Shown: positions 1 through 13,767 of the stretch, in pieces | How positions within the stretch are numbered: the stretch's first letter is position 1 | How the letters are laid out: each line of letters opens with the position of its first letter | NCBI RefSeq assembly: GCF_006345805.1 | Contig: NC_043006.1 | Coordinates: 16,120,001-16,184,000 of the forward strand | DNA: 64,000 bases | Reading direction: 5' to 3' | Source of the DNA: Octopus sinensis | Taxonomy: Eukaryota | Notes under the pieces: model-generated | Databases searched by the model: none | The model's input: only the letters and a program-made list of their open reading frames with translations | What the model was told of the DNA's origin: nothing | Made by a program: the position numbers and the translations under genes

Positions 1-85
1 TTTGAATTTTAAGCAAACTTCATTTCATGACTTTCATCGTCCTATAATGATTCAAGCTTTTGATTTTCTTATATCATTCTAGATG

Positions 86-254
86 ATTTCGTCTGTCGTT
101 ATGTTCTGAGTTCAACTTCCGCCGAGGTCGACTTTGCCTTTCATCCTTTCGGGGTCGATAAATAAAGTACCAGTTTTGCAACTGGGGTCATTGTGATTCC
201 TTTGTCCTTGTTTGTCCCCTCTATGTTTAGCCCCTTGTGGGCAGTAAAGAAATA
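86..254 (+). mobile_element. SINE family C, 5'-truncated copy
   Basis: Body motif gttctgagttcaa..ccgccgaggtcgactttgcctttcatcctttcggggtcgataaa and tail ctatgtttagccccttgtgggcagtaaagaaata match the copy at 20528-20762. Confidence 0.85.
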
Positions 255-1327
255 TATATTATTCTAGATGATTTGCCGGCTTTGTGTTCAAATTTCAACA
301 TGCTTCTATACCATTTTATACATTTCATCTCCATACCAACTGTTAATATATAATTTTGCTCAAAAATCTATTAAATTCTAAACGTTTAAAATATTCATCC
401 TTATGGTCATCGTCTTGTTTTATTCTTATTTGTTTCAGAAATTTTGTTTCCCTGCATATCGTTATTTTAAACGATGTAAAGCTTCCATTTAATTAAATGT
501 AAAACGAAAGTTCTTAACAGACTTAAACATGTATTATTCTTCAACAAGAAAAGCAGAAATGAAATTTTTCTCTCATATTTTACAATGTAGAATTTAAAGA
601 GGTTTTACTCTTGCACTGTCTTAATTCTAAGAATTGGGTTAGTTAGAATTGGTTTTTCAATGGTTTTCTGAATAATCTGAACAGAAAAGATTAATTCAAT
701 GCTCCTGCTCGTCTTTGAAGTAAGCTTAAAAACGCGAAATCAAAATATTTGCATTTTTAATATTTTATAGATACAGAAAATGAATGTCTTAAAGTTGTAT
801 TGTGTAAGTGGTAAGCCAAGCCCGTAGTTTGATTTCGATTCTCGATTTATGCAATGTTATTTAACTTTTTGGTTTCTCTAATAGCTTTCATAAAGGTAAG
901 ACATTCACAATTTGTATATTTATCTCCTTTAATATTTTATGTTCCATGGCAATTCTGCTAGTATACTTACCGTCCTTTATTATACTAGTTCATTGACTGC
1001 CTCTAGGATGCCGTGTTTTGCGGTACACCAGATTCTTCATTCTCGTGTTCCAAATAAGTATTTTTACACACCCCAATATATCAAGTTACACCTTCCCATT
1101 GCTGATAGTCTACCATAAAATTTCCACTCCAGTAACCACATTCGAGGTCCCTTCGTCATTCTTATCCAATACATGATGCAGCTAAGTTACCCTTATTCTC
1201 AGCATTACCATTATTTCCTTCTGTTTTGTTCTTCTCAGTATTTCTATTTATTCAATCCTTAAATGTACTATATTCTACGTAAGTATATTCCTAGAATACA
1301 TTGTTTTATTTTCATTGCTTTTATATA

Positions 1328-2560
1328 TTGGGTTATCCCATAAGTAATGCGTTTTATTTTTCACTTCTTTTATTTTTCAAAATTAAGATAAACAATTTTT
1401 TTTTAATCTAAAATATATACTTCTTCATTTTCTACAATGCTCTTCCATCTATCTGGGAGACTTGCAAGGCCCTTCTTCCAAAATTCACTTGTCTGTTACG
1501 AAAAGTACTCGTCCAGTACTGTTCTGACCTCGTCTACAGAATTCATATTTTTCCGTCCAAATGATTTTGAAGACTGGGGAATAAATGATAATCAGATGAA
1601 GCTATGTCCGGCAAATATGGTAGGTGGGGTATCGTTTCCCATTAAAACTGCTCCAGCCATTCGAATTTACCCTCGCTGTGTGTGGCCGAACATTATCCTG
1701 ATGGAAGAATGCCTTTCGTCTTGAAACCAAAGATGGTCGTTGTTCTTCAAGCGCTGACTTAAGCCGCTCAAGCTGCTCGCAGTAAATCTCATTTGTTATC
1801 GTTTGGCTTGAGTTTAAACCTTTCAATTTGAGGTGGCTGGAGACCTTCTTTAGATTGGGGTGCTGGTGTTTCTCTTTTCCCTACTCACTATCCTCGGCGC
1901 TAGACATTTTTAAAGAGAACCCAGTCCTCGTTACCAGCACTATTCGATCAAAAAAAGGTGCATTTGTGAGACATATGAAAGAAGATCACATATTCGCTCT
2001 CTGCACGCGATTAGATTCGGAAAGTTTGTGAGGAAACCATTCATCCAATTTACTGACTTTTCTAATGGCGCGCAAGTGTCGATGAATGGCTGAATGAATA
2101 AATCCAAGCTTCTCTTCTAGTTCCCCAACAGTTACGATGGGATTTTGTTCCACCAGGGTTTGCAGGACGGACTCGTCGAGCTCTACAGATCTTCCAGGAC
2201 GGGGCTCGTCTTCTAGGCTGTAGTTTCCGGCTCGGAATTTCTGAAACCACCGTTGACACTGGCTAACGCTTATTGTCCGATTCCCATATACTGCATTAAT
2301 ATTCCTCGCACTTTCCGTTGCGTTGTTGCCTTTATTGAACTCATAAAGCAAAATGTGCCGAATATGCTTCTTTGTCACTTTCATTATAGCTTTGAAAAAT
2401 TAACTGTTAAAATCGAACTGCTCTCTTCAAAAATAGAATAAGGACAAGGTAAAATTACTACCTACTTTTATAGCATGTTGATGCAAGTAGTTTATCCCGT
2501 CCCCCTCCAATATTTAGCTTATGCAATTTAAAAAACCGCATTATTTAAGGGATGACCCAA
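1328..2560 (-). mobile_element. Full-length but decayed mariner (DD34D) transposon
   Basis: Imperfect ~28-bp TIRs (ttgggttatcccataagtaatgcg / ccgcattatttaagggatgacccaa), each flanked by TA. Transposase pieces: IRHILLYEF..QRWFQKFRAG..LEDEPRPGR (HTH, ORF 1986-2384) and YCEQLERL..FHQDNVRPH (ORF 1602-1826). Confidence 0.93.
1400..2384 (-). pseudogene. Mariner transposase pseudogene with frameshifts and stops
   Basis: The N-terminal HTH and the catalytic HQDN-RPH segment lie in different frames. The C-terminal boundary is approximate. Confidence 0.88.
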
Positions 2561-3775
2561 TATTTTTGCAATGTTTCGTTGCTACTGAGAAGAAAAGATA
2601 AATATATCGAACAGTACACAATTTAGTTTTCATACTGATATTTTTTTAGTTTCTAAATGTTACCGAGTCTACCAAATGTTTCACAGGTACATGACCATTG
2701 TACATATAACACAAGTGTTCCAGGATTCTAAACCCTTAACGGCAAGAGACTACAAGCTGATTTCGGTGATCGGTGGATTAAATTCTGCTTCATCTTTTCA
2801 TTAGGGTTCTTGAATAAAACATCACTTCTTTTCCTTCTTCAAAAATATGCGACGATTATACCCTTTCAAAAAGAAACAAGGAACGGCACGAAAAGATAAA
2901 ATGAAGACATGGTTTGCTATTTCCATATATTGTAAACAAGGACCGCGTTTTTGGTTTTGCTAATTTTTGTTGGATTAGCTCACTGAACGAAGAAACTAAG
3001 TCGTAAAATAATTGATCAGATTCATTATTCTTAGTCTAGGAAACTAAATTAGAAGACATCCATAAATTGGAGTCAGTCCACGCTCGTTATTTTGAATTTA
3101 TTTTCAAATGGAAGATCGATTTTTCTTGGAGATTTATTTACAGCAAATTTAGATGGCTGATATTTAAATTACCAGTAATATCTATGACCTATCGTTAATC
3201 AATGTCATCGCATTTGTTATAGAATTTTTTCTATTTGTTGTGGGTTTTTTTTTGTTGTTGATATTATTATTATACGGAAATTTACCCCGATAACCTAGCA
3301 TTATTTCTAACTCATTTATTTCTTATTTCCAATGTTCACAATTTAATTGGTATAATCTTGGGTTAGTCAGATTATATGAAGCATCCTGTGGCTTTTGACA
3401 GACTTCACAGAATGCTGACAGGAAAGAAAATATATCTTGGTATTTAAGCTATTCAAAAGAAAGACTAATGTATTTTTAGAATTCTTCAAATCTCTATGAC
3501 GTCCCATTAGAAAATTTTCTGTTGCCACTTGTTTTAATGACACTATGAAAAGTGATTGATAACAGTGTTAGTCGATCACCATACAAAACACTATGATTTG
3601 TTTACGTTCGATGACATTTTAGATTCAAAACCACACGAAATGGGGTTTGCTTTCATCATTCGGGGTTGATAAAAAAATTTCCAAAGTAGAGCGGCAGATT
3701 ACAGACTGGCTGAGGTACGTTGCGATATATATCCCTAACCCTTGCGCTCTGAGTGGAGAGATGTGTACTATTTTC

Positions 3776-4156
3776 CTCTTTTTATTTGTTTCAGTCATTA
3801 GACTGCAGCCGTTGTGGGGCACCGTCAAGGATTATAGTCGAATGAATGGATCCCAGTACATATTTTATCGGTGTCTTTTGCAGAACACCTAAGTAACGGG
3901 GACGTAAACACACCAGCATCGGTTGTCAAGAGATGGTGGAGGCCGAACACGGACACAAACACACAAAGACATACACACACACACACACACACACATACAC
4001 ACACACACACATATGTATATAGCTTCTTCCAATTCCCATCAACCAAATCCACCCGCAAGGATTTGGTCGGCCCGAGGCCATAGTAGAAAACACTTGCCTA
4101 AGGTTCCACGCAGCGGAACTTAACCCAAAATCACGTGATTGGGAAGCAAGCTTCTT
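3776..4156 (-). mobile_element. SINE family A (tRNA head, CORE-like body, internal (CA)/(TA) microsatellite), diverged
   Basis: Homologous along its length to the copies at 8813-9258 and 38286-38700. Confidence 0.85.
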
Positions 4157-4530
4157 CGTAATGTTGATAGTTGATGTATCCTGAAAACAATAATAAGAAA
4201 TTTACGAGAATGGATATGAACTAATAAGAAACTGATTAGTTAGATAGATTTTAGCTTACTAATGGGCATACATTAAACACGTTTAATAAAAGACCTTAGT
4301 GACACTCTCAGATATTGCGATGGGAAAATAACAATCACCATCTGCAATCCTTATGGAAAATTTCTGAGATATTTCTTTGAAATTAACCACAAATATAGCA
4401 TTTCTTCTGTACTGTAAATGTTCAAAGTCAAGTATTGAAATAACACAAAGATTCAATATCCCAATTATATAGTTTGTGCATAGGTTTAAAAATTTTCTCT
4501 TTCTCTCTCTCACACACGCGCACGCACGCA

Positions 4531-4573
<43 letters not shown>

Positions 4574-4719
4574 ACACACGTCCATTTCATATAGATGTAC
4601 ATACATCTTTCACTTTCTTTCTCTGTCCTTTTCGCTTTCTCTTTTTTCAATTTCTGCTCCCTTCAAATATTTTTTTACGGATACAACTACTTACAAAAAT
4701 AGGGATTAAAGTATAATTT

Positions 4720-5719
4720 CTTTCTATGTTCATAATTTTTTGTTTATAATATTGAAAAAATATGCCACCAAAGAAAAGAGTAATCTCTCCAGAAACAAGT
4801 ACAAAGCAAAGCGGATTGTAGAAAACCGAAGGCTAGTCTGAAGAGAGAAGCGAGATGAGATTTTCTCAAGATCACCAAATGCATGTTGCAGCACTTAATG
4901 CTGAATCATTAATCAATGTTTTAATGATTAGACAAAGGTCCAATAGGATAGCTCTCAGAAACAGACTACGTACAAATTTGTTCTTCACAACTCCTGAAGC
5001 TGTTTTCAGATATGATCTATTCCGTTCTTATAAAAATAATAACTCTGTCCAAATTCGTGCGCTAAACACAAATTGTCGTTTCTGTTGAGCTTTAAAATTT
5101 TCAAATGAAACAAATGGTATGTGCTGCTCAGCTCTACCGTTCCATCTCAACCTCTTATGGATCTTCTAGAGGGCACTTCCATTCAGTCAAAACATTTTCT
5201 GAACACTATCAGACATTACAACTCTGCATTTCAAATTACATCGTTTGGTGCATGTAAGAAGATAGATAAACATGAGTTTAGCCGATATCAAAGTTCAAGG
5301 GCAAGTCTATCACCTCATTGGTTCCCTATTGTCCAAAAATGAACAATCACAGTTCCTCCAAATTTACTTTATGAATGATGTAGGAGACCAAACCTGAAGG
5401 AGGTGTTAAAATTTCAAATGATGGATCGTGTTAGACACAGCGCCGACTACTACAAAAGAGAATATATCTAGTGACATCTTTTCGGTGCATTTAAAAATCA
5501 CATAACTCCCCATCCCCGTTTTCCATGACAAATTAGGGCCTGAAATACTTCAAACAGACGCATAGCATGTTGCTTAGTCGAATTAGCCCATCATTTACTC
5601 CACAAAAGCTTTGTTGTCAATGCTATACTTTCCCATATCACCTATTTCAACATAACTGTAATATATTATATACAAACTATGCCATTTTAACCCCGAGCAA
5701 CGCCGGGTATCTCTGCTAG
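4720..5719 (+). mobile_element. Internally deleted Helitron (Rep-helicase N-terminal remnant plus 3' terminus)
   Basis: Translation fragments TIRHYNSAFQITSFGA, (I)KVQGQVYHLIGSLL and QFLQIYF are typical of Helitron RepHel. The 3' end has the hairpin cccgagcaacgccggg followed by CTAG|T at 5716-5720. The 5' end is not defined. Confidence 0.85.
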
Positions 5720-6639
5720 TGTATATATATATATATATATAACTTCACATAAAATACACACACACACACACAGATTGAGAATTATGTTTGCGTGTACGTG
5801 AGTGTTATGTTTTATATTTAAATCTACCTACACCAGTTTAAATCTACCTACACACCATGAGAGAGAAAGAATCACTGGTACAAAAGAGGAGGAGAAAAGA
5901 AGTATGCGTGTGTTGTATGTGTGTGTGTGCGTGTGCATGTGTGTGTGTATATTAATATGTATTTACTTATATACTTTTTAAGTATTATTTTATTTTATTT
6001 TATTTTAAGGTAATAAGTATTTTTCTTTTGAAAATTAGTATTCATTCCATCATGTTGTACAAGCACCAAGAAATTTAATAAATGTCAAACTATAATTATT
6101 GCATATATGCCAACTTCCCTGAAATTCCTAATCGTGGCAAAAATATCCTTTCAAAATTCCTCTTCGTGTAACGAGTAACACACCAGTACACATTATATTC
6201 ATAGAATTCTCATATGTTTTGTTAATTATCAGCACCTATCTCTCACATAATTGTTATGCATTCAGTTTGTGAACGATAGCACATTTTTATTTTCTGTTTT
6301 TGGTTATAGTCTAAATGATATATTTTAGCTATATTCATTACCATGGAGTAAAATTTGACAAAATTTACACAAAATGTTTTGTTTCTTCTTTTATCCGACC
6401 TATCAAATCAGCAATCACAGTGTATCATGTCTGTGTATATTTTGTATTCGTGACTATGCGTGCTGTGTGTCTGTGTATGCGTATGAACATTGTCTGTTGA
6501 TATATGTGCATCTTAAACTATTGAACGATACAAAACCCACTGAACAAATTAAGGTATATTCAAGATATATTTCAAGACTTCATTAAAACTAATATGTTAC
6601 GTAGTTCGTAAATATATACATACATATTTACGAACTACG

Positions 6640-6790
<151 letters not shown>

Positions 6791-7324
6791 CATACATAAT
6801 GATTTTTGTATTGGCGGGTGCTTCAAACCAACTACAATCAATCAAAAGTGATTTTGGAGACACACTTTTGTGTTGTAAAATATGAAAGTAAATCAAGTGC
6901 ACAAGAAAGTTCTTGGAGGATCTATTTGCTTTTACAATAAACATTAACGACTCGAGAAGAGAGTTTAATATTCGCTTTGGAACCTTTAGCTAAATGGTTG
7001 CTCACTTGACGATTGTTACAATTACAGTATTTGCTTTTATCCCATTATTACATCAGCCATTTAACATCTCACACACAGCTTTGAAAAATTATTAGGAATG
7101 AGCAAAATATGTTACATAAAATTCTTTAGATACTTCAGAGGAAACTACTTACAGTTACATTCATACTTTTTTTTTGTCTTTTATTCTATGTAAGGACGCT
7201 TGTTGTTTTGTTATTTAGTAGAAGAGACGTTAATTAAACCTTATCAAGTGACATTAGGCAGGTTCTCAATCTATTGGCCCTGGAAGAATTAAACTGAAAG
7301 TTAACCCCATAAGATTCAGGCTCG

Positions 7325-7500
7325 GAAAGGCGGCGAGCAAGCTGAATCGTTAAGGCATCGGTAAAATGCTGTGCAGCATTCGTTCAGGCTCTCTCTTTCC
7401 TTCGTGGCCGATAGAATAAAATACCAGTCAAGCACTAAGGTCTATAGTATTGACTGCTATTCTTCCTCTTAAAATTGCTAGCCTTATGTCTAAAGAAGAA
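7325..7500 (+). mobile_element. Degenerate SINE family C copy
   Basis: ggcggcgagc..gaatcgttaaggcatcggtaaaatgct head and aataaaataccag body. Confidence 0.6.
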
Positions 7501-8044
7501 CCCTAGATCTAACCTCGGAATGTTTAATGGAAGAAACTAAAACACTAAATAGCGTATACTTCAACGTCCCATTTGTGCATCCGGGTACTTGAGAGCCAGC
7601 AAGGAGACACTCTATGGTGGTTCTATCTTCTGGAAATATCAGCTAAGCTTCTGTCAGATAATACTCTGGCATCACTTTAAAACATAAAAGGCAAGCTGGA
7701 TAATTTTATTCTAAATTAAGTCTGAAAACTATAACCGGCGGTCATATCTAGATCACCTTCAATCATAAGTTTGTTTGATTAGCTCTGACCTGAAATTAAA
7801 CAGTAACAATTCGTTTCCTTATATATGAAACGATTATTCATTTCATACAAAAGCCTAACGAAGAAAATGCATCAGAAACTCAGAGAAGATATATATAGCA
7901 TGTCTTTATTCTACGAGAAATTCTTAGATTTGCAATGCATATTGAAATAGCTGCAGTTGGAATTAAAAGACATGATTAGTTTTGCCAATTTACTGCTACA
8001 GATCTGTTCAACAGAACAGAAACTTTTATATGATTATTTGTACA

Positions 8045-8200
8045 CCGTCGTGGCTATGTAGGTAAGAAGTTTGTTTCACAATCTCGTGATTTCAAGTTCA
8101 GTCCCACTTCGCTGTATCTTGGATAAATGTCTTCTTCCATAGCTCCTGGCCATCAAATGTCTTGTGAGTGAAATTAGTAGACGAAAATTATGTGGAACCC
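8045..8200 (+). mobile_element. Degenerate SINE family A head
   Basis: gtggctatgtaggtaagaagttt..ttcagtcccact..cttggataaatgtcttc. Confidence 0.7.
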
Positions 8201-8276
8201 GACACACACACATATATACATACTGATATATATATCAGTATGTATATATGTATGTATATATATATATATATTATAT

Positions 8277-8325
<49 letters not shown>

Positions 8326-8475
8326 AAAATCCAGGGAAATAATTACAAGGTAGCTCAATGTTGCTTAAGTGTCCCAGGATTTAATTCTGGGATAGTAAGT
8401 CGTATTTAGTAGAAAATAGGAAAATTGAATGAGACGAACACTCGGGATGTTGTAAAACCATTTATATGTTGAAGT

Positions 8476-8560
8476 CTTCTACATACGTTTCCAGGGATGC
8501 ACTCCAAAAATGTCCGACAGGATAAATTATGGTCAGCAATGTATCAATCTTATCAGGAAG
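8476..8560 (-). ncRNA. Degenerate minimal (type I) hammerhead-like motif in a putative Penelope-like remnant
   Basis: Minus strand reads cttc-CTGATAA-[long stem II]-GAAAC-gtat-GTA-gaag. Stem I is cttc/gaag; the core differs from CUGANGA by one base. Confidence 0.45.
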
Positions 8561-8629
8561 GATATAAATAACAAAATCATCAAACAAGGATTTTCTATTT
8601 CTGTTAACATGTCTGTCTGATAAGTTTGT

Positions 8630-8684
<55 letters not shown>

Positions 8685-8812
8685 ATATATATATTTGTTC
8701 GACTAATTCCTTGTAAGCAGTGCCCCTGCATAACGGCAGCCCCATGACTGAAGCATATCAAGCAAAAATTAGATACTTTTGGGTCACTATACACATTACC
8801 TTTTCTGCATTA

Positions 8813-9037
8813 GTTACTCTTTTACTTGTTTCAGTCATTTGACTGCGGCTATGCTGAAGCACCGCCTTTAGTCGAGCAACTCGACCCCGGGACTTATTCT
8901 TTTTGTAAGCCCAGTACTTATTCTATCGGTCTCTTTTTGCTGAACCGCTAAGTGACGGGGACGTAAACACACCAGCATCGGTTGTCAAGCAATGCTAGGG
9001 GAACAAACACAGACACACAAACACACACACATCACAC

Positions 9038-9092
<55 letters not shown>

Positions 9093-9258
9093 TACGACAG
9101 GCTTCTTTCAGTTTCCGTCTACCAAATCCACTCACAAGGCATTGGTCGGCCCGGGGCTATAGCAGAAGACACTTGCCCAAGATGCCACGCAGTGAGACTG
9201 AACCCGGAACCATGTGGTTGGTTAGCAAGCTATTTACCACACAGCCACTCCTGCGCCT
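8813..9258 (-). mobile_element. SINE family A, full length
   Basis: Minus strand: tRNA-like head ggcgcaggagtggctgtgtggt..ggttccgggttcag, CORE-like cttgggcaagt, internal (TA)n(TG)n, tail ..cagtcaaatgactgaaacaagtaaaaga. Confidence 0.92.
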
Positions 9259-10287
9259 GTAATAACATCATAAGTAACCCACCAAATATTAATTTAATAT
9301 CTGAGAAATTAGATAACAAACCAAACCTCTTCAAATTTTTGATTACTTCAAAAATTAAATAAATTACACAAAGAGAGTATTTCATTAGAATATGAGTTAG
9401 TTTGTGAGTATCAAGTACATATGTCTATCAAACAGGATTTTGAAAATATTCTCTAGTTAGACTGTCTGTGATGCTAATCTCCACGGTTGTCAGTGCTTAA
9501 AGTAAGAAATATCTATATATATATATATTCTTTTATAAATCTATTCCCGTCACTCACAACAAACATCCTATGACAAGTATTTTGTTTATTTTGCTTTTCC
9601 GTTATATTTATAGATTTTCTGGATTATGTTTTTCTTTCTTTTTCTTTTTTATTTATTCATGTTTTAGGGATAATCTTGGAGTTAACGCAGAGCGCATTTA
9701 TGCATCCATAAAACTAAATATGAATGCAAACGCAAACGATATAGCAAAAAGAATTTCAAATATGAAAAACAATGAATAATGAAATGGAAGAATATCAAAA
9801 GATAGCATCGATTACCCCACATTTTAAATGTTATTCGTGTCTACATAAACACTTTTCTCCTAAAATACCTAAACGCTTTCATGACTGGAAGGATATCATA
9901 ACTATAAAATACGATGGACAAGCGAGCATAATGAAAATGAAGACAAGAAGTAGGAAAAACAAAGTGATTCATAATAGTTGTAGAATGTGATCAACGAACC
10001 ATAACATCTAATCGGCCGCTTTCTCAATCTCGTTCATGGTTCCAATATTTTCTCTTTCCTCGGTAACCTTATACAATTTTCTCTCTCTTTTGCTCTCCCT
10101 CAATACATCTGTATTATGTATAAACATACATGCATATATACATACATATATATTCAGCGTTTATACCTCCTGACATACATATAGTTCTCATCCTGGCACA
10201 AATAACTGCTTGTTAGAAATTAATACACTTCAAAAAATACTGTATTTGCTAAACTCTTGCAAGAAAAGGGTGAATTCGCTGACGTCC

Positions 10288-10496
10288 TCTTTACTCTTTT
10301 ACTTTTTTACTCTTTTACTTGTTTCAGTCATTTGACTGCGGCCATGCTGGAGCACCGCCTTTAGTCGAGAAAATCGACCCCGGGACTTATTCTTTGTAAG
10401 CCCAGTACTTATTCTATCGGTCTCTTTTGCCGAACCGCTAAGTGACAGGGACGTAAACACACCAGCATCGGTTGTCAAGCAATGCTAGGGGGACAA

Positions 10497-10531
<35 letters not shown>

Positions 10532-10692
10532 CATATATACGACAGGCTTCTTTCAGTTTCCGTCTACCAAATCCACTTACAAGGCATTGGTCGGCCCGGG
10601 GCTATAGCAGAAGACACTTGCCCAAGATGCCACGCAGTGGGACTGAATCCGGAACCATGTGGCTGGTTAGCAAGCTACTTACCACACTGCCA
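10288..10692 (-). mobile_element. SINE family A, near full length
   Basis: Near-identical to 8813-9258, with a (gtaaaaga)n tail. Confidence 0.92.
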
Positions 10693-10949
10693 CTATATAA
10701 AGCAGAAGTACAGAGCGATTGGTAATTAATAAATGAATCACAAATAGACTCACACATAATATAATACACTTATGTAGATATAAATACAAACTGACCAGGA
10801 ATATACCTACTGGCACACACTCACTCATACACGCGTGCGCGCACAAATTCTTGGCATACACTTCCTCATAGTTAAAACGGATGTGAGCTAACGAAGGTTA
10901 TTTTCTAACTCTTATTCTCTTGTCTTGCACTTAAGATTATACACACATT

Positions 10950-11140
10950 GCAACACAAAGAGAAAACACAACAACGCGAGGACGTGGAACAAGTATAGTG
11001 TTGTTAGACACTCAGGAAAGGAAAGAAAGAAGAAGGATTTAACGTTTCAAGCGGAGCTCTTCGTCAGAAACATAGAGAAAGGAAAGATCCAAGGAAGGGA
11101 AGACGGAGAAAAAAAATCGCCAACGATACACACACGGTCA
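10950..11140 (-). mobile_element. ~190-bp dispersed repeat carrying a hammerhead motif (putative Penelope pLTR fragment)
   Basis: Second copy at 38065-38262 and an older opposite-strand copy near 46520-46690. Confidence 0.7.
11037..11071 (-). ncRNA. Minimal type I hammerhead ribozyme motif
   Basis: Minus strand reads gttt-CTGACGA-a-GAGC-tcc-GCTT-GAAAC-GTT-aaat: intact core, stem II, palindromic stem III (ACGT) and an NUH site. Confidence 0.6.
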
Positions 11141-11156
11141 CATACATACATACATA

Positions 11157-11192
<36 letters not shown>

Positions 11193-11218
11193 TGTGTTTG
11201 TATGTACGTATATATAGT

Positions 11219-11500
11219 GGAGGTGCATGTCGCGGTGGTTAGAGTGTAAGGTTCACAATCATATGGTAGTGAGTTCGATTCTCGGGCCGGGCTGTGTATT
11301 GTGTTCCTGAGCGAGAGACACTTTATTTCATGTTGCTCTAGGTCACTCAGCTGTAGAAATGAGTTACCTTTCCCGTGGCGTGGAGAGAGGAGGCTAGTAT
11401 GCATGGACGACAGCTGGTCTTCCACTAACAACCCTACCCAGATTAGTGTCCGGAGGGCAACTTTCTATGTGCAATCCCATGGTCATAAAGGGTGGTCATT
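11219..11500 (+). mobile_element. SINE family D (tRNA-derived head, different body)
   Basis: A-box-like gcggtggttagag, B-box gagttcgattc, then cactcagctgtagaaatgagt typical of SINE central domains. Confidence 0.6.
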
Positions 11501-11588
11501 CATGTGTGTGTATATATATATATATATATAATATATTATAATATAATATAAATAACATATAAATATATGCATATAACATACATATATG

Positions 11589-11652
<64 letters not shown>

Positions 11653-12133
11653 CCATTAAGAGTCAGTAGGTATAAGAGATGATATATTTATTTAACCAGT
11701 TGGTATCCTCTGGTTTACAGCCGTTTCGCAGCCTTCTTCGTGTATTAATAATAATTTCTGTATAGAGCAAAATAACAAAATTATGCTTTCATGTTTCTGT
11801 TATTATGCATAGTATGCATTATACAGCACTATTGCATTTTCACAAATCAGTGCAAATGAAGATCGCTCATCAAATCATCAGAACATCAAAGTTAAGCCGT
11901 TGGTGTGACTATGATGTTCTGGTTTCCTGATCAGTTAGGTTCCTTTATTTGCATTGATTTGTGACTATACAACTGTATCGTAAAATGCATTATAATGCAA
12001 ACGAGTAAACAAAATTTTATTTCACAGTGAAGTTATTACTACATGAAGGAGGCTACGAAGCGGCCGTAATCTTAAGAATGTCAAGTGATTAAATAAATAT
12101 ATTCATCTCTCATACTTCCTGACCTTTTATGGT
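11653..12133. repeat. Diverged ~480-bp inverted repeat (fold-back element) next to (TA)n
   Basis: Left accattaagagtcagtaggtataagagatgatatatttatttaa pairs with right ttaaataaatatattcatctctcatacttcctgaccttttatggt. Pairing continues inward to agaacatca/tgatgttct. Confidence 0.8.
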
Positions 12134-12505
12134 TTATTTACTCCTTATGAAGTAACGAAATTGATCAGATCTTCTGGATTTCAGCTGCCTAGATTACTAT
12201 CAGATCTGCTGATAGCCTTATCCGTTAGAGAGGCTTTCTGTGAGAGAGACACGATTCTCTGAATCTACATCGAAACTACAAATTAGGTCATAAGACATAA
12301 AATATTTTATATAAGATAGTATAAAGATATATACACGGAGAGAAGACTCTTGACATGACTTCTTACGTACTGAAAAGGGCAGTTAATATCATGGTTTAGG
12401 TTTTTAAGTGCCCTTTTCAGCAAGTAAGAAGTCCTATCAAGGGTCTTCTCTCCGTGTGTATATCTTTATACACTCTTATACTCTTATACACACACACATA
12501 CACAC

Positions 12506-12559
<54 letters not shown>

Positions 12560-13509
12560 TATATATATATATATATATACACGCAAAGGTGACAGTGACT
12601 TCGATGGTTCGGCTTGATTTCCTTCGTCTACTAAAACGTTTTGAACAATCCTTTAGTTTAGCGTTAAATCGTTTTGGATGTAAATTGACATATAAAAATC
12701 TGCGTGTGTGCACGCGCGTATGCGTGTAGAATAAAATGCAACTGCATTTTTTTTTATTTATGAGATCAAAGCGAACTCTCTGGATGTTGATAAATAAGTA
12801 TAATAAATATACCGCATATTTCAACGATTCTAAAACTTTTCAACTGTATTCGGGAAAACGTTATTATTAAAATTAACAGATTTTGGAAGCACAACTGTAA
12901 GAAGGTATTTTATCAACGAGAATATCTGAATTTTGGAAATAGTATAAGAATTAATCAGAATATTCTATTTCTAATACACATTTCTTTATCCCAAATTTCA
13001 TTTGCTTCTTTTTTTCATATTACGCATGAGGACAGTTATATCTGGAAAATACACAGGTAAGTAAATTTTGAATGAAAGCAAGCTATTTCAGTTGAAAACA
13101 TGAATATTTAGTTAACTGTTATTGATTTGAAACAAAACTTTCTACCTAAAGACTTCTTTGTAGTAAGATGTTTTAAATCTTATTTTATACATTTTCCTAT
13201 TTGTTATTGAACAAGAAAAGCAAACGACTTTACTGACTTAAATGTGTAAATCTCTATCAATAAAATAAACACCAATGCATATTTTAGGAAACAAGGAAAG
13301 AAATCGAAATACCAGCAATATATTCTGTTGGAAACTTGGATACTTTCCTATTTCCAGACACCCGTCTCCATTCTTTTACATTTTTTCTGCTGCTGTTTCG
13401 TAATGTACGAAATGAAATGAGAGAAGAAATATAAAGAAAATAAATAATCATTTGAAATATTGCATTCCTCATTGTCTCAGAGAGATTTATATAGTAGCAG
13501 CACGATAAA

Positions 13510-13767
13510 GTGATGGTTTGTTGCCAACTTAATATGGAAGTCCCAGGAAACGGAAGAATGCCGCTGCTATTTAGCCCTAGGAAACACCGTTTCCAGTTGG
13601 CCATGTGACACAAGCATACTGTCCTTATCTCCCTTGTTTGAAGGCATAAGAACACACAGTACGCTTGTGTCACATGGCCAACTGGAAACGGTGTTTCCTG
13701 GGGCTAAATAGCAGTAACATTCTTCCTTTTCCTGGGACTGCCACATGAGGTTGGCAAAAACCATCAC
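13510..13767. repeat. Long hairpin / MITE-like inverted repeat with ~112-bp arms
   Basis: Arms 13510-13622 and 13656-13767. The 37-bp block aggaaacaccgtttccagttggccatgtgacacaagc is perfectly complemented. Confidence 0.9.

Noticed and set aside
8982-9362. Recurrent MSSNARGTN..EDTCPRCHAV ORFs as a gene family
   Set aside because: They are antisense translations of SINE family A copies.
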